Positions 9,933 to 19,411 of a stretch of 64,000 bases of DNA are shown here, in pieces. The notes under the pieces are model-generated. The model was not told where the DNA came from. It searched no databases and saw only the letters and a list, made by a program, of their open reading frames with translations. This stretch comes from Candidatus Latescibacterota bacterium (GTDB taxonomy: Bacteria; Latescibacterota; UBA2968; UBA8231): contig OY730476.1 in assembly GCA_963422735.1 (NCBI GenBank), forward strand, positions 1,856,001-1,920,000, read 5' to 3'. Numbering within the stretch: position 1 is the first letter of the stretch; each line of letters opens with the position of its first letter. The position numbers and the translations under genes are program-made.

Positions 9933-10916
9933 TCAAGACGGTACTTCGACTAGGCTCCCCGATTCGGCGGCCTGCTTCAGCGCCTGTAGCGCGGCCACGT
10001 TTTTGAGGCCATCTGCGGGGGGGAATTCGGGAGCCTTGCCTTGGAGAATGCAGCTAGAAAAGCGCGCTAGCTGCACTTGAAAGCGATCCGGCCCGGAGAA
10101 GGTCTCCACGCGCTCATCGTTGCCGATGGCTATGTGGACCGCTGCCTGCTCGTCGAACATGTTGGGTACGCGGATCGCGCCGTGGCTACCGACGACCTCC
10201 AACACGCAGCGGAACGGCTCCTCCATGCCAGCCGCGATATAGGCGACGTGGTCGCCGGGGAAGCGCAACAGTCCGGCCAAGGTCGCATCCACGCCGTTGC
10301 GCACGTGCTGAAAAGCCTGCGCGGCCACCGGCTCGGCATTGAGCACAAAGCGCACTGCGCTGACGCAATAACACCCGGCGTCCAAGAGCGCGCCCCCGCC
10401 CAATTTTTTTTTGGCCCGGACGTCGGTGGCCCAATTGCGAATGCCGAAGGTCAGCTCGGCCCGCGCTAACTTTACCTCGCCAATCTCTCCCTGCTGCACC
10501 AGCCGGCGCGCACACTGCAATTGCGGGTTGAGGCGGTGGGTGAAAGCCTCGACTAAGCGGACCCCGTTGGCTTGGGCTGCGTCGATCATCTGCTGCGCTT
10601 GCGCCACAGTAACGGCGAGCGGTTTTTCGCAGAGGATGTGCTTGCCGGCCTGCGCCGCCTTGACCGTCCATTCGCAGTGCATGCTATTGGGCAAGGGATT
10701 GATGATCGCGTCGATTTCGGGATCGTCCAGCACGGCTTGGTACGAGCCGTACGCCTTAGCAATGCCGCATTGGGCTGCGCTTGCTTTGGCTTTGGCTTGG
10801 TCCCTGCTCGATATGGCCGCGACCTCGGCATTGCCTATGGCCTGCGCGGCCGGCAGGTGGCGGTTGAGGGCGATCTGGGCAGTGCCCAATACTCCATAGC
10901 GCACAATGTCAGTCAT
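9933..10916 (-). CDS. Gfo/Idh/MocA oxidoreductase
   Basis: GVLGTAQIA, AGKHILCEKPLA, GGGALLDAGCY. Confidence 0.92.
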   Translation of the reverse strand: MTDIVRYGVLGTAQIALNRHLPAAQAIGNAEVAAISSRDQAKAKASAAQCGIAKAYGSYQAVLDDPEIDAIINPLPNSMHCEWTVKAAQAGKHILCEKPLAVTVAQAQQMIDAAQANGVRLVEAFTHRLNPQLQCARRLVQQGEIGEVKLARAELTFGIRNWATDVRAKKKLGGGALLDAGCYCVSAVRFVLNAEPVAAQAFQHVRNGVDATLAGLLRFPGDHVAYIAAGMEEPFRCVLEVVGSHGAIRVPNMFDEQAAVHIAIGNDERVETFSGPDRFQVQLARFSSCILQGKAPEFPPADGLKNVAALQALKQAAESGSLVEVPS

Positions 10917-10932
10917 AGGGTCTCCTGTACAA

Positions 10933-12153
10933 TCAGAGAATGACGTCCTGTGCGCGCAACGCGGCGATCTCGGCCTCCGCGTACCCGGCCTCGCGCAGCA
11001 CAGCCTCGGTGTGTTCCCCGGCTAGGGGGGCTGGGGCTGGGGCTGGGGCTGGCGTCCCCGCTAGCCGCAGGGGCGTACCGACGTGGCGCATAGTACCCAC
11101 CTGCGGATGCTGAACTTCGACTAGCATCTCGTTGACGGCGAGCTGAGGGTCTGCTAGGGCTTCGGCTGTCGAGCGCACCGGTGCGACGAGGATGTCCTTG
11201 GCCTCCAGCAGCGGAATCCACTCGGCACTTGTTTTCTCTGCGAAGAGCGGTGCTAGCCGTTCCCGCAGGGCCTCGCGGTGATCCACAGCTGCGGCGAGCG
11301 TGGCAAAGCGCGGGTCCCCAACTAGCCCTTCGATTGCTAGGGCCTCCTGCAAATCGCTCAATAGTTGGTCAAAGGGACGAAAAAGCGCGGTGACCATCAA
11401 GAAGCCATCGGCCGTCTCGAATACCGATCCGTCGAGCGGGTTGCCGCGCGGATGAGTCGCTCCTCCCGAGCCATCGTCTTCTCCGTCGTCGCCCAAGTTG
11501 AGAATTTTGGTCGTCGCCCAAGCCTGCATACTGATCATGCCGTCGAGGAGCGAGGTTTCCACATATTGTCCGGTGCCGGTGCGCTCGCGGGCCAAAAGCG
11601 CGAGGAGAATGCCCTGCGCCAGCAACATGCCGCCGTTGAAGTCGGCGACCGTATAGGGCAGGCGTTGGGGCGTGCCGTGGGGGCCGACGAAGCGAGCCGC
11701 CACGCCACTTAGTGCTTGGGCCATGGACTCGTGGCCGCCCTTGTTGCGCTCGCTGTACGGGCCTTGCGAGCCATAGCCCGAGCCAACAGCGTAGATGAGC
11801 CGAGGGTATTCCTCTCGTAGCGCAGCGCAATCCAGCCCCAGCTTGGCCATGACGGCACCGGAGCGGAAGTTGTGCACCAGCACGTCCGTGTTTGCTAGCA
11901 GGCGATGGACGATCTGACGCCCAGCGGACTTCTTGAGATCGACGATTAGGCTTTTTTTGGAGCGGTTGAAGCTGGCAAAGGGCAGGCTTTGCTCCTTTAT
12001 CCACGGTCCGAAGGCGCGGGCTAGGTCGCCGTTAGGTCGCTCTATTTTGATGACTTCGGCTCCGTGATCGGCCAAAACTTGGGTGGCGGCCGGGCCGAAA
12101 ATCACTTGGGTAAAGTCGAGGACGCGGATGCCGTCGAGTGCGGGCATGGACAT
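10933..12153 (-). CDS. CoA-transferase family III (CaiB/BaiF)
   Basis: LDGIRVLDFTQ, GAEVIKIERP, NRSKKS, ADFNGG. Confidence 0.92.
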   Translation of the reverse strand: MSMPALDGIRVLDFTQVIFGPAATQVLADHGAEVIKIERPNGDLARAFGPWIKEQSLPFASFNRSKKSLIVDLKKSAGRQIVHRLLANTDVLVHNFRSGAVMAKLGLDCAALREEYPRLIYAVGSGYGSQGPYSERNKGGHESMAQALSGVAARFVGPHGTPQRLPYTVADFNGGMLLAQGILLALLARERTGTGQYVETSLLDGMISMQAWATTKILNLGDDGEDDGSGGATHPRGNPLDGSVFETADGFLMVTALFRPFDQLLSDLQEALAIEGLVGDPRFATLAAAVDHREALRERLAPLFAEKTSAEWIPLLEAKDILVAPVRSTAEALADPQLAVNEMLVEVQHPQVGTMRHVGTPLRLAGTPAPAPAPAPLAGEHTEAVLREAGYAEAEIAALRAQDVIL

Positions 12154-12379
12154 CTTATGGCTCCTCTTGATGCTCAAGTACGCTCGCTACCCCAAACGCC
12201 GCGATGTTACGGCTCTCACGGCTGCACTCCATCGCGATCGGGTGGATCGGCACACCCCGGGTACAGTAATTATCAGTGTACTGCCGCTCCTTCAACATGC
12301 CGCGCCGCGCTTCTCTTTGCACCACCCCCTGTACGCCACAGTTAGGCTGTGGATATTGAGTCGAGGAGCGCGTCATAGA

Positions 12380-12793
12380 TTTTCTGGTTGATGCGTCCTG
12401 CTCGAAATAACTCATTGAGTTTATCGTGCGCGTCTGTTGCTGAAATGCCATGATAATCTGCTCTGCAACCTGTGCAACACGGCGTCCGACCGTTTCCTCA
12501 ATGAGGAGAGGCAACTGTAATGCAAGCGCAAGTTGTATTGCTTGTGTCTCTCCATCGTGCAACCTTTCTGCTCCTGAAATAACGGGAGCTTGTGATACGG
12601 GACGAACCTCAATGAGGTCAATGGTGTTGTGTAATGCAGGTACTCCTGTGGGTCCACAAATTGCCCTTCTGCTACTTCGTCAAGCACAGCAGGGGAATAA
12701 TCAGCTTCTCGTATAGACAGCGGATGAGGCCGTACCCTTGATTGAGCTTCTCCAACGAGATCAACAGCCCATTATTGCTCACAATATGCTGCA
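12380..12793 (-). pseudogene. DUF3368 (PIN-like) toxin, frameshifted
   Basis: Pieces in different frames: VQHIVSNNGLLISLEKL...LYEKLIIP / AVLDEVAEG / RLHDGETQAIQLALALQLPLLIEETVGRRVA; follows a UPF0175 gene; 3' end approximate. Confidence 0.7.
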
Positions 12794-12800
12794 CGGCTCC

Positions 12801-13031
12801 TCATGCGCATAGTTCTACATCAATAGTCTCCGGCGTATCCGCCAAGATGGAAAACCCGAACCGTGGCAGCAATTCCTCAAACGCACGACGAGAGATCCCG
12901 AGCGCGAGGCACGCTTCTTTCTCGGAGAGTTTTCCCACATGATAGAGCGTTACCCCTAATGCTTCCTTGAGGTATGTTTGGTCGAGATGAACAAGCGCAG
13001 CCGTGTCAGGCAGGTCTAAAGAGATTTCCAT
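12801..13031 (-). CDS. UPF0175 family putative antitoxin
   Basis: MEISLDLPD...LYHVGKLSEKEACLALGISRRAFEELL. Confidence 0.8.
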   Translation of the reverse strand: MEISLDLPDTAALVHLDQTYLKEALGVTLYHVGKLSEKEACLALGISRRAFEELLPRFGFSILADTPETIDVELCA

Positions 13032-13045
13032 ATTGGACCTCATTC

Positions 13046-13465
13046 TCATATCGATGGATGCGAAAAGTGCATATACAGGAACTCTTTTGGACTGAGCACT
13101 TGGCAATTGCCTCGCTTCTCTAAAGGATAATGGGTCGCATTGCCCGTCACCAAGGACACCTCTGCCGATAGGGCTACTTCCAAAAACGGTGCGTCTCCTA
13201 CATCCGGTAGGCAGCGTGCGACGAAGCGACTGGCAATGTGTAGGGCATGGTTGTCGAGGTACTCCAATATATCTTCCCGATCTTGTTCGGAGAAGTACGC
13301 ACGGAAAGCGTCGCGACGCAAAACGTCGTGGTATTCGGCCAAGATGCGGTCGTCCACCATCACTTGCAACGCATCCACCTGCAACAAGTCAACGATCCGC
13401 CCGGGGTAACCGTGGGGGTTGATCAGCCCGGATACCAGAACGTTGGTATCAACAACTGCCTTCAC
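13046..13465 (-). CDS. PIN-domain toxin (VapC-like)
   Basis: VKAVVDTNVLVSGL...D..DAPFLEVA...LVTGNATHY; overlaps upstream antitoxin. Confidence 0.9.
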   Translation of the reverse strand: MKAVVDTNVLVSGLINPHGYPGRIVDLLQVDALQVMVDDRILAEYHDVLRRDAFRAYFSEQDREDILEYLDNHALHIASRFVARCLPDVGDAPFLEVALSAEVSLVTGNATHYPLEKRGNCQVLSPKEFLYMHFSHPSI

Positions 13466-13742
13466 GAAGGCCGCGTTCTTTCCTGCTCTGGTCAATCTCT
13501 GCTGCGATCGCCGTATCGTCGGGCATTCCCTCCGTCTCGGCCCGCTTCCGCACCCGGCTCACAGCGGCTGCAAAGAGCGTCCGACGAATCTCTCGCAACG
13601 ACTCTTCTAAGGTCTCTGGAGAGATGCTGATCATCAAGGCCGAAGGCTTGCCATCCTTGGTAATGACCAATTCTCGCTCGCTGGCCAGCTTTTCCCAGAG
13701 TTCCCTAGTCTTTTTGAGATCTTTTACGGCGAGATAGTCCAT
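13449..13742 (-). CDS. Phd/YefM family antitoxin
   Basis: LAVKDLK...ELVITKDGKPSALM; AAGGAG RBS. Confidence 0.88.
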   Translation of the reverse strand: MDYLAVKDLKKTRELWEKLASERELVITKDGKPSALMISISPETLEESLREIRRTLFAAAVSRVRKRAETEGMPDDTAIAAEIDQSRKERGLREGSC

Positions 13743-13766
13743 ATATATCTCCTTTTTATCTCTTTT

Positions 13767-13798
13767 TTGTAATATAATTTATACAATGCACCGCGCAA
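13767..13798 (-). promoter_or_regulatory. Putative TA promoter with palindromic operator
   Basis: Minus strand TTGCGC-N16-TATATT overlapping inverted repeat TTGTA-N10-TACAA (13767-13786). Confidence 0.4.
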
Positions 13799-13884
13799 GA
13801 GGCTCCTCCATCCCGCTTATGCTATTCGACTTTGACCGGGCGTAAACTATTGTCAAAGGGGAAATGCCCTTTAACTTTGTAACC

Positions 13885-14718
13885 ATGACCCAGCCCTTCG
13901 CCCAAGCCGTCCTCCCCCCTGAAGATCAAGCATTTTTTGAACAGCAGGGCTATCTCCTCGTCGAAGACGCCCTCCCCCCCGACGCGCTCGCCGAGCTCAA
14001 CGCGGCCACCGACATGCTCTACGCACGCGACGCCGACGCCGGTCTGCTCGAAAAAGGCGGCAAGCTCAACATGCGCAACTGCATCGTCGAGCACCCCGCC
14101 TTTCTCCAGCTCCTCGATTGGCCCACCACGGTCCCGCTAGCGTGGCAGCTCCTCGGCTGGAATATCCAGATGCTGACTTCGCATTTGATCGTCCTACCTT
14201 CGGGCGGCGAGCCGACTGAAGACGAGAAAAACAAGCTCGGCTGGCATCGCGATGGCGGCACCTCGCCCCGTGAGATGAGCGAGCCGCACCCGCGGATTTT
14301 GCTCAAGATCGCCTATGCCCTCAGCGACCAGACCGCCCCAGCCTCAGGGGCTACTTGGATCGTGCCCGGCTCCAATCGCCTGCTCGGACGCCCGGCCATA
14401 AACCCCAAGACCGGACTGCCATACGGCGCACAAGCGATGAATATCCGCGCTGGCTCGGCCTTCCTGTTCGAGCAACGCACCTATCACTCAATCGGCCACA
14501 ATTGGGCAGGCTTCCCGCGCAAGACCGTGTTCTTTGGCTATGGTTATCGCTGGGTCAAACCCATGGATTATATCTCCATGCCCGACGAACTCGTCGCCCG
14601 CTGCAATCCGATCCAAAAACAGTTCATTGGCGTCGTCGGAGATCCCTTGAGCTACTACTTGCCTCGGGACGAAGACGTGCCGCTCAAGGCGCTCGTCGAA
14701 ACGGAAGCCAATCAATAG
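13885..14718 (+). CDS. PhyH family dioxygenase
   Basis: FFEQQGYLLVEDAL, WHRDGG, VPGSN, YHSIGHN; start could be 13864. Confidence 0.88.
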   Translation: MTQPFAQAVLPPEDQAFFEQQGYLLVEDALPPDALAELNAATDMLYARDADAGLLEKGGKLNMRNCIVEHPAFLQLLDWPTTVPLAWQLLGWNIQMLTSHLIVLPSGGEPTEDEKNKLGWHRDGGTSPREMSEPHPRILLKIAYALSDQTAPASGATWIVPGSNRLLGRPAINPKTGLPYGAQAMNIRAGSAFLFEQRTYHSIGHNWAGFPRKTVFFGYGYRWVKPMDYISMPDELVARCNPIQKQFIGVVGDPLSYYLPRDEDVPLKALVETEANQ

Positions 14719-14726
14719 GGGAGCAT

Positions 14727-15491
14727 ATGGATATCGCACGCGCATTGGACGCATTGGACGCCTGCAAAGACCTACTGACCGAGCAGAACAGAAACGACCT
14801 CGACGAGAAGGGCTACACCATACTCCCGGATATCATCGACGGCGAGTGGCTCGCGGCACTGCGTACCCGCTTCGAGGAGCTATGCGAGAAAGAAGGAGTC
14901 CACGCCGGTATCGAAGTCCATCAGGAGCAGGGCACTCGCCGCCTCTCCGACCTCTGCAACAAGGGGCCGGTCTTTGACCGCGTCTATACTCATCCCAAGG
15001 TGCTGGCCGCCGTCCACCACGTCATCGGCCGCCCCTTCAAGCTCTCCTCGCTCAACGCCCGCGACGCCCTGCCCGGCGAGGGATTACAGGGGCTACACGC
15101 CGACTGGGGAGCAGATTACGACGGCCAGTTTCACGTCTGCAACTCGATCTGGCTACTGGACGACTTCAGCGAGAAAAACGGCTGTACTCGGCTGGTGCCC
15201 GGTTCGCATAAAGGCCAGCACCCGCGCAATGCCTTGGAAGACGCGCAGGCACCCCACCCCGATGAAGAGTTACTCATCGCCCCGGCCGGCACAGTTGCCG
15301 TCTTCAATAGCCACATGTGGCACGGCGGCACCTGCAATCAGAGCAAGGACCTGCCGCGCCGCGCCATGCACTGCTACTTCACCGCCCGCGAGCACGGCCA
15401 ACAGCTCAACCAGCGCGAGCACCTGCGCTACGAGGCCTGGAAGCGCATCTCACCAGCGGCGCGCTATATCCTCGATGTGGATGTGGATTAG
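14727..15491 (+). CDS. PhyH family dioxygenase
   Basis: LDEKGYTIL, LHADWG, LVPGSH, MWHGG; GGGGAG RBS before ATG 14727. Confidence 0.88.
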   Translation: MDIARALDALDACKDLLTEQNRNDLDEKGYTILPDIIDGEWLAALRTRFEELCEKEGVHAGIEVHQEQGTRRLSDLCNKGPVFDRVYTHPKVLAAVHHVIGRPFKLSSLNARDALPGEGLQGLHADWGADYDGQFHVCNSIWLLDDFSEKNGCTRLVPGSHKGQHPRNALEDAQAPHPDEELLIAPAGTVAVFNSHMWHGGTCNQSKDLPRRAMHCYFTAREHGQQLNQREHLRYEAWKRISPAARYILDVDVD

Positions 15492-15519
15492 TCTTCGGCG
15501 ACCCGCCCAATTGTCTCGG

Positions 15520-15833
15520 TCTCGTCCCACACCCTCAACCGCCCCCAACAGCACGGCCAGTACAACGCCGCCAAGGCCGGGGCCTACCAACTCACTAGAG
15601 TGTGCGCCGCAGAGTGGGCCGTGCGCGGCGTTCGCGCCAATTCCATCCGCCCCGGCCACACGCTCACCCCCATGACCGCTCACGCCGAAGACGATATGAA
15701 AAACGCTTGGCTCGCCAACACCCCGATGGGCCGCTTGGGCGTCCCAACCGACTATCAGGGTGCCGTCGTTTTCCTTGCTTCGGACGCCTCTTCTTACGCG
15801 ACCGGCCACGACTTGGTTGTCGATGGCGGGTAA
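15520..15833 (+). pseudogene. C-terminal remnant of an SDR oxidoreductase
   Basis: QYNAAKAG (YxxxK), VRANSIRPG, PMGRLG, FLASDASSYATGHDLVVDGG; Rossmann N-terminus missing. Confidence 0.8.
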
Positions 15834-15835
15834 AG

Positions 15836-17164
15836 CTAGTCATAGTACTCGTTCCCCAAGTGGGTAATCAGTTCTTCTCCCTGCAAGAAGCGCAGTGTGT
15901 TCTTGAGCTTCATTAACTGGATAAACAGGTCGTGTTCGGGATAGAGATCGGGCGCAGTCATCGGGCTTTTGAAGTAAAACGAGAGCCACTCTTGGATCCC
16001 CGCCATCTGCGCTCGCTGTGCCAAGTCGGCAAACAGCACCAAGTCCAAGACCAGCGGCGCGGCGAGAATCGAATCGCGGCAGAGAAAATTGACCTTGATC
16101 TGCATGGGCATTTCCAGCCAGCCGAAGATGTCGATATTGTCCCAGCCCTCCTTCTCGTCACCGCGCGGAGGATAGTAGTTGATCCGCACTTTGTGGTAAA
16201 TATCGCTGTAGAGCTGGGGGTAGAGGTTGGGCTGCAAGATGAACTCTAGCACGTCGAGCTTGCTGACTTCCTTGGTCTTGAACGAGTCTGGGTCGTCGAG
16301 CACCTCGCCGTCGCGATTGCCCAAGATGTTGGTCGAAAACCAGCCCTGTACGCCGAGCATCCGCGCCTTGAGACCAGGAGCTAAAAGGGTCTTCATCAGG
16401 GTCTGGCCGGTCTTGAAGTCCTTGCCGCCGATGGGCACGCCCTTTTGCCGCGCCAGTTCGACCATGGCCGGGATGTCCACGGTCAAGTTCGGCGCACCGT
16501 TTAGAAAGGGTACGCCTTCCTGTAGCGCGGCGTAGGCGTAGATCATGCTCGGGGGAATGGCCGGGTGGTTTTCCTCGATCGCTTTTTCGAGGCTCTCGAT
16601 CTCGTCGTGTACTTCGTGGTGCTGCATGAAAATCTCCGTGCTGCCGCACCAGATCATCACCAGCCGATCGATGCGGTTGTCGGCCTTGAAGCGCTGGATG
16701 TCTTCGCGTATTTCCAGCACGGCGTCCCATTTGCTCTTGGCACTTTTGACATTAGAGCCTTCGAGACGGCGCACGTAGTTGCGGTCGAAAACCGCGGGCA
16801 TAGGCTTGACGGCCTTGAGAGGGTCTTCTAGCTGGTCGAGCAGACTCTTGTCCAAGACGCCGGCGTGGACGGCGGAGTCATAGGCGTCCTCTGGGAAGAC
16901 GTCCCAGCCACCGAAGACTAGGCTGTCGAGACCGGCCAGAGGCACAAAGTCCTTGATGAGCGGCGAGCGTCCTTCAGTGCGCTTACCTAGGCGGATGGTG
17001 CCCATCTGGGTCAGCGAGCCGATGGGCTGGCCGATACCGGCTTTGATCGCTTCGACGCCGGCGATAACCGTGGTGGCCACAGCGCCCATGCCGGGAATTA
17101 GGACGCCAAGTTTGCCCGTGGCCGGGGCGATGGATGTGGGTTGGTTCACGGGTGTCTCCTTCAT
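15836..17164 (-). CDS. ino1: myo-inositol-1-phosphate synthase
   Basis: GMGAVATT, VFGGWD, GKDFKTGQT, NILGNRDG, CRDSILAAPLVLDL. Confidence 0.95.
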   Translation of the reverse strand: MKETPVNQPTSIAPATGKLGVLIPGMGAVATTVIAGVEAIKAGIGQPIGSLTQMGTIRLGKRTEGRSPLIKDFVPLAGLDSLVFGGWDVFPEDAYDSAVHAGVLDKSLLDQLEDPLKAVKPMPAVFDRNYVRRLEGSNVKSAKSKWDAVLEIREDIQRFKADNRIDRLVMIWCGSTEIFMQHHEVHDEIESLEKAIEENHPAIPPSMIYAYAALQEGVPFLNGAPNLTVDIPAMVELARQKGVPIGGKDFKTGQTLMKTLLAPGLKARMLGVQGWFSTNILGNRDGEVLDDPDSFKTKEVSKLDVLEFILQPNLYPQLYSDIYHKVRINYYPPRGDEKEGWDNIDIFGWLEMPMQIKVNFLCRDSILAAPLVLDLVLFADLAQRAQMAGIQEWLSFYFKSPMTAPDLYPEHDLFIQLMKLKNTLRFLQGEELITHLGNEYYD

Positions 17165-17312
17165 TGAAGAGTTATGTCGTTCGCTACGAGATAAAGTAGA
17201 GGGTTCTATTCATTGGGCAAATTGATTATTGCTATGTAATTGATAGAAAAAATTAATGTGTCTTGCACAGTCATTAAACGGGAGGGGAGCGGAAGCTACA
17301 GAAAGGTGGGAA

Positions 17313-18308
17313 TCAGGCGGCGAGGCGTTCTGGATCGGTGTCGCGCAGTTCCGAGAGGTGAGCCAACAAGGGGGTTAGCTCCTTGTAGCTGGCCAGCTCG
17401 GCTCTGAGCCGCGCCGCGCCGCGCAGACCGCGAAAGTACCCGGCGTAGTGGCGCCGCATGCCGACTAGCGCCTCTTGCGGGCCGCCGTGCTCGACGGCCC
17501 GCCGCAGGTGCCTGAGGCACAGTTCGGCGCGCTCCTGCCAGTTTGGTTCGGGCAAGAGCTCACCCGTCTTTAGATAGTGCTGGGATTCGCGAAAAATCCA
17601 CGGGTGACGGATGGCGCCGCGGCCGATCATCACCCCGTCGCATCTCGTGCTGTCAAAGGCGTGTTTGACCATTTGCGGCGAGGTCACGTCGCCGTTGAGA
17701 ATGATCGGTATCGAGACTGCCGCCTTGACTTTGGGTATCCACTCGTAGGCCACCGCGCCCTTGTGGCCTTGCGCTCGGGTGCGGCAGTGAATGGCCAGCG
17801 CCTGTACGCCCAGATCCTCGAGCATCTGGGCCACCTCGACGATGCGGATGCTCTGCTGGTCCCAGCCGAGGCGCGTCTTTACGGTCACCGGCAAGTGCGT
17901 CGCGCCAATGACGCGCGAGACGACCTCCTTCATCTGCGGCAAGTCGCGCAAAAGCCCAGCCCCGGCTCCGCGTAGTGCCACATTGCTCACCCAACAGCCG
18001 CAGTTGATGTCGATGAAATCTGGATTCTGCGAGCTGGCGATCTCGGTGGCTTTCTCCATAGACAGCGAGGCCGCACCGTAGAGCTGGATCGCCAAGGGCC
18101 GCTCGGTTTCTGAGAAGCGCAGCTTGCGAAAAGCGCGGCGCGGCCCGTTGGGATCTTCGCGCAACAGACCCTCGGCATTGACGAATTCAGTGTACGCGAT
18201 ATCAGCACCCAGTTCCCTGCAAATCAGGCGGAAGGGTAGCTGTGAGACATCCTCCATGGGCGCTAGCAGGATGCCGGGATCCGCGGTTATCGGGCCGACG
18301 CGGAACAT
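17313..18308 (-). CDS. dusB: tRNA-dihydrouridine synthase
   Basis: LAPMEDVS, IDINCGC, GAGAGLL, VTVKTRLGW, NGDV, GVMIGRGA. Confidence 0.9.
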   Translation of the reverse strand: MFRVGPITADPGILLAPMEDVSQLPFRLICRELGADIAYTEFVNAEGLLREDPNGPRRAFRKLRFSETERPLAIQLYGAASLSMEKATEIASSQNPDFIDINCGCWVSNVALRGAGAGLLRDLPQMKEVVSRVIGATHLPVTVKTRLGWDQQSIRIVEVAQMLEDLGVQALAIHCRTRAQGHKGAVAYEWIPKVKAAVSIPIILNGDVTSPQMVKHAFDSTRCDGVMIGRGAIRHPWIFRESQHYLKTGELLPEPNWQERAELCLRHLRRAVEHGGPQEALVGMRRHYAGYFRGLRGAARLRAELASYKELTPLLAHLSELRDTDPERLAA

Positions 18309-18622
18309 TATTTTAGGGTCGAATAGGGCAGTGCTTTCATCACTCGCACCTCCCGCCGGCGGATTAGCGGCCGGATCTGATCGACGATCTTGGCCCATTC
18401 CGGGCTGGCGTAATACGCGTCGATGGCCTCGTCGCGGGCCTTGGCGTTGGGGAAGGCGCGAATCCAGATGAACTCGTCGTCGCGGTCGGGATTTTCCCAC
18501 GCCGCGACAAATGTCACGCCGTACTTGGGCATAAAGCGGCGTGCTTTGGTAAAGCCGGCGAGGAATTTCTTCTTGTTATCGGCTCCCTTGTGGAAGCGGT
18601 AGATGCGCAACTCGTAGATCAT
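18308..18622 (-). CDS. NIPSNAP family protein
   Basis: MIYELRIYRF...FIWIRAF...YYASPEW; ATGA overlap with upstream gene. Confidence 0.85.
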   Translation of the reverse strand: MIYELRIYRFHKGADNKKKFLAGFTKARRFMPKYGVTFVAAWENPDRDDEFIWIRAFPNAKARDEAIDAYYASPEWAKIVDQIRPLIRRREVRVMKALPYSTLK

Positions 18623-19215
18623 GCAAATGCTCCTTGGTAAATGGCGGTTTCGGCGACGACCATGTCCACGGGCACATCGTGCGGCTCGCCGGGAATGCAG
18701 TCTAGGACTAGCTCGTCGTAGCACAGCCCTATTTTGATGGTTTGCACTTGCGCTAGAAAGCGGTCGTAGTAGCCGCCACCCCAACCGATGCGATGCCCGC
18801 GCCGATCAAAGGCAAGGCCGGGTACTACGACCAAGCCGATCCGAGCTTCAGAGGGCAGCCAAACTGCCGCGGCGGGATCGGGTTGCGCCAGCCCCCAAGG
18901 ACCAACGACGAGCTGGTCTAAGCCGTCGATCAGCGCGTGGGCCATCGTCCTCGTGCCCGGCATCACCACCGGCACGGCCACGCGCTTGCCCTGCGCTAGG
19001 CAGGTGCCGATCAACGCGCGAGTATCGACCTCGTTTTCCTTACTAGAGACATAGGTATGGACGAACTCGGCCCGGCGGTATACTTCCAGCCCCAAGACCT
19101 TCTCTAGTATGGCCCGTTCGCCGACTTCCACTCGGCCGCGGTCCAAACTCATGCGCGCAGCTAGGACGCGCTTCCTGAGTCGTTCTTTGCGGGCGCGCGT
19201 CGCTTCCCTCTTCAT
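18619..19215 (-). CDS. 5-formyltetrahydrofolate cyclo-ligase
   Basis: VVVPGLAFDRRGHRIGWGGGYYDRFL, EPHDVPVD. Confidence 0.95.
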   Translation of the reverse strand: MKREATRARKERLRKRVLAARMSLDRGRVEVGERAILEKVLGLEVYRRAEFVHTYVSSKENEVDTRALIGTCLAQGKRVAVPVVMPGTRTMAHALIDGLDQLVVGPWGLAQPDPAAAVWLPSEARIGLVVVPGLAFDRRGHRIGWGGGYYDRFLAQVQTIKIGLCYDELVLDCIPGEPHDVPVDMVVAETAIYQGAFA

Positions 19216-19222
19216 AAATTAC

Positions 19223-19251
19223 ATAATACTGGCCCCTAGAATGGGCGTCAA
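19223..19251 (-). promoter_or_regulatory. Sigma70-like promoter of the cyclo-ligase/NIPSNAP/dusB operon
   Basis: TTGACG-N17-TATTAT on minus strand, ending 7 nt before ATG 19215. Confidence 0.6.
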
Positions 19252-19274
19252 GCGCGTCTGGTACCTAGGCTTGC

Positions 19275-19303
19275 TTGACGAATATGAGCCTTTCCCCTAG
19301 ATT
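19275..19303 (+). promoter_or_regulatory. Sigma70-like promoter of the uppS operon
   Basis: TTGACG-N17-TAGATT. Confidence 0.5.
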
Positions 19304-19411
19304 GACCACGATGGGCGCGGCCTTGTTTTTTTAAGGCCGTACGCGCCCGAATCTATGACAGTGGCCGTGGATGCCCGCCACAGAAACCCACCGAATCATC
19401 CTTATTGCGTT

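Noticed and set aside
11026-11052. GGGGCT hexamer run
   Set aside because: Encodes a Pro-Ala linker inside the CoA-transferase
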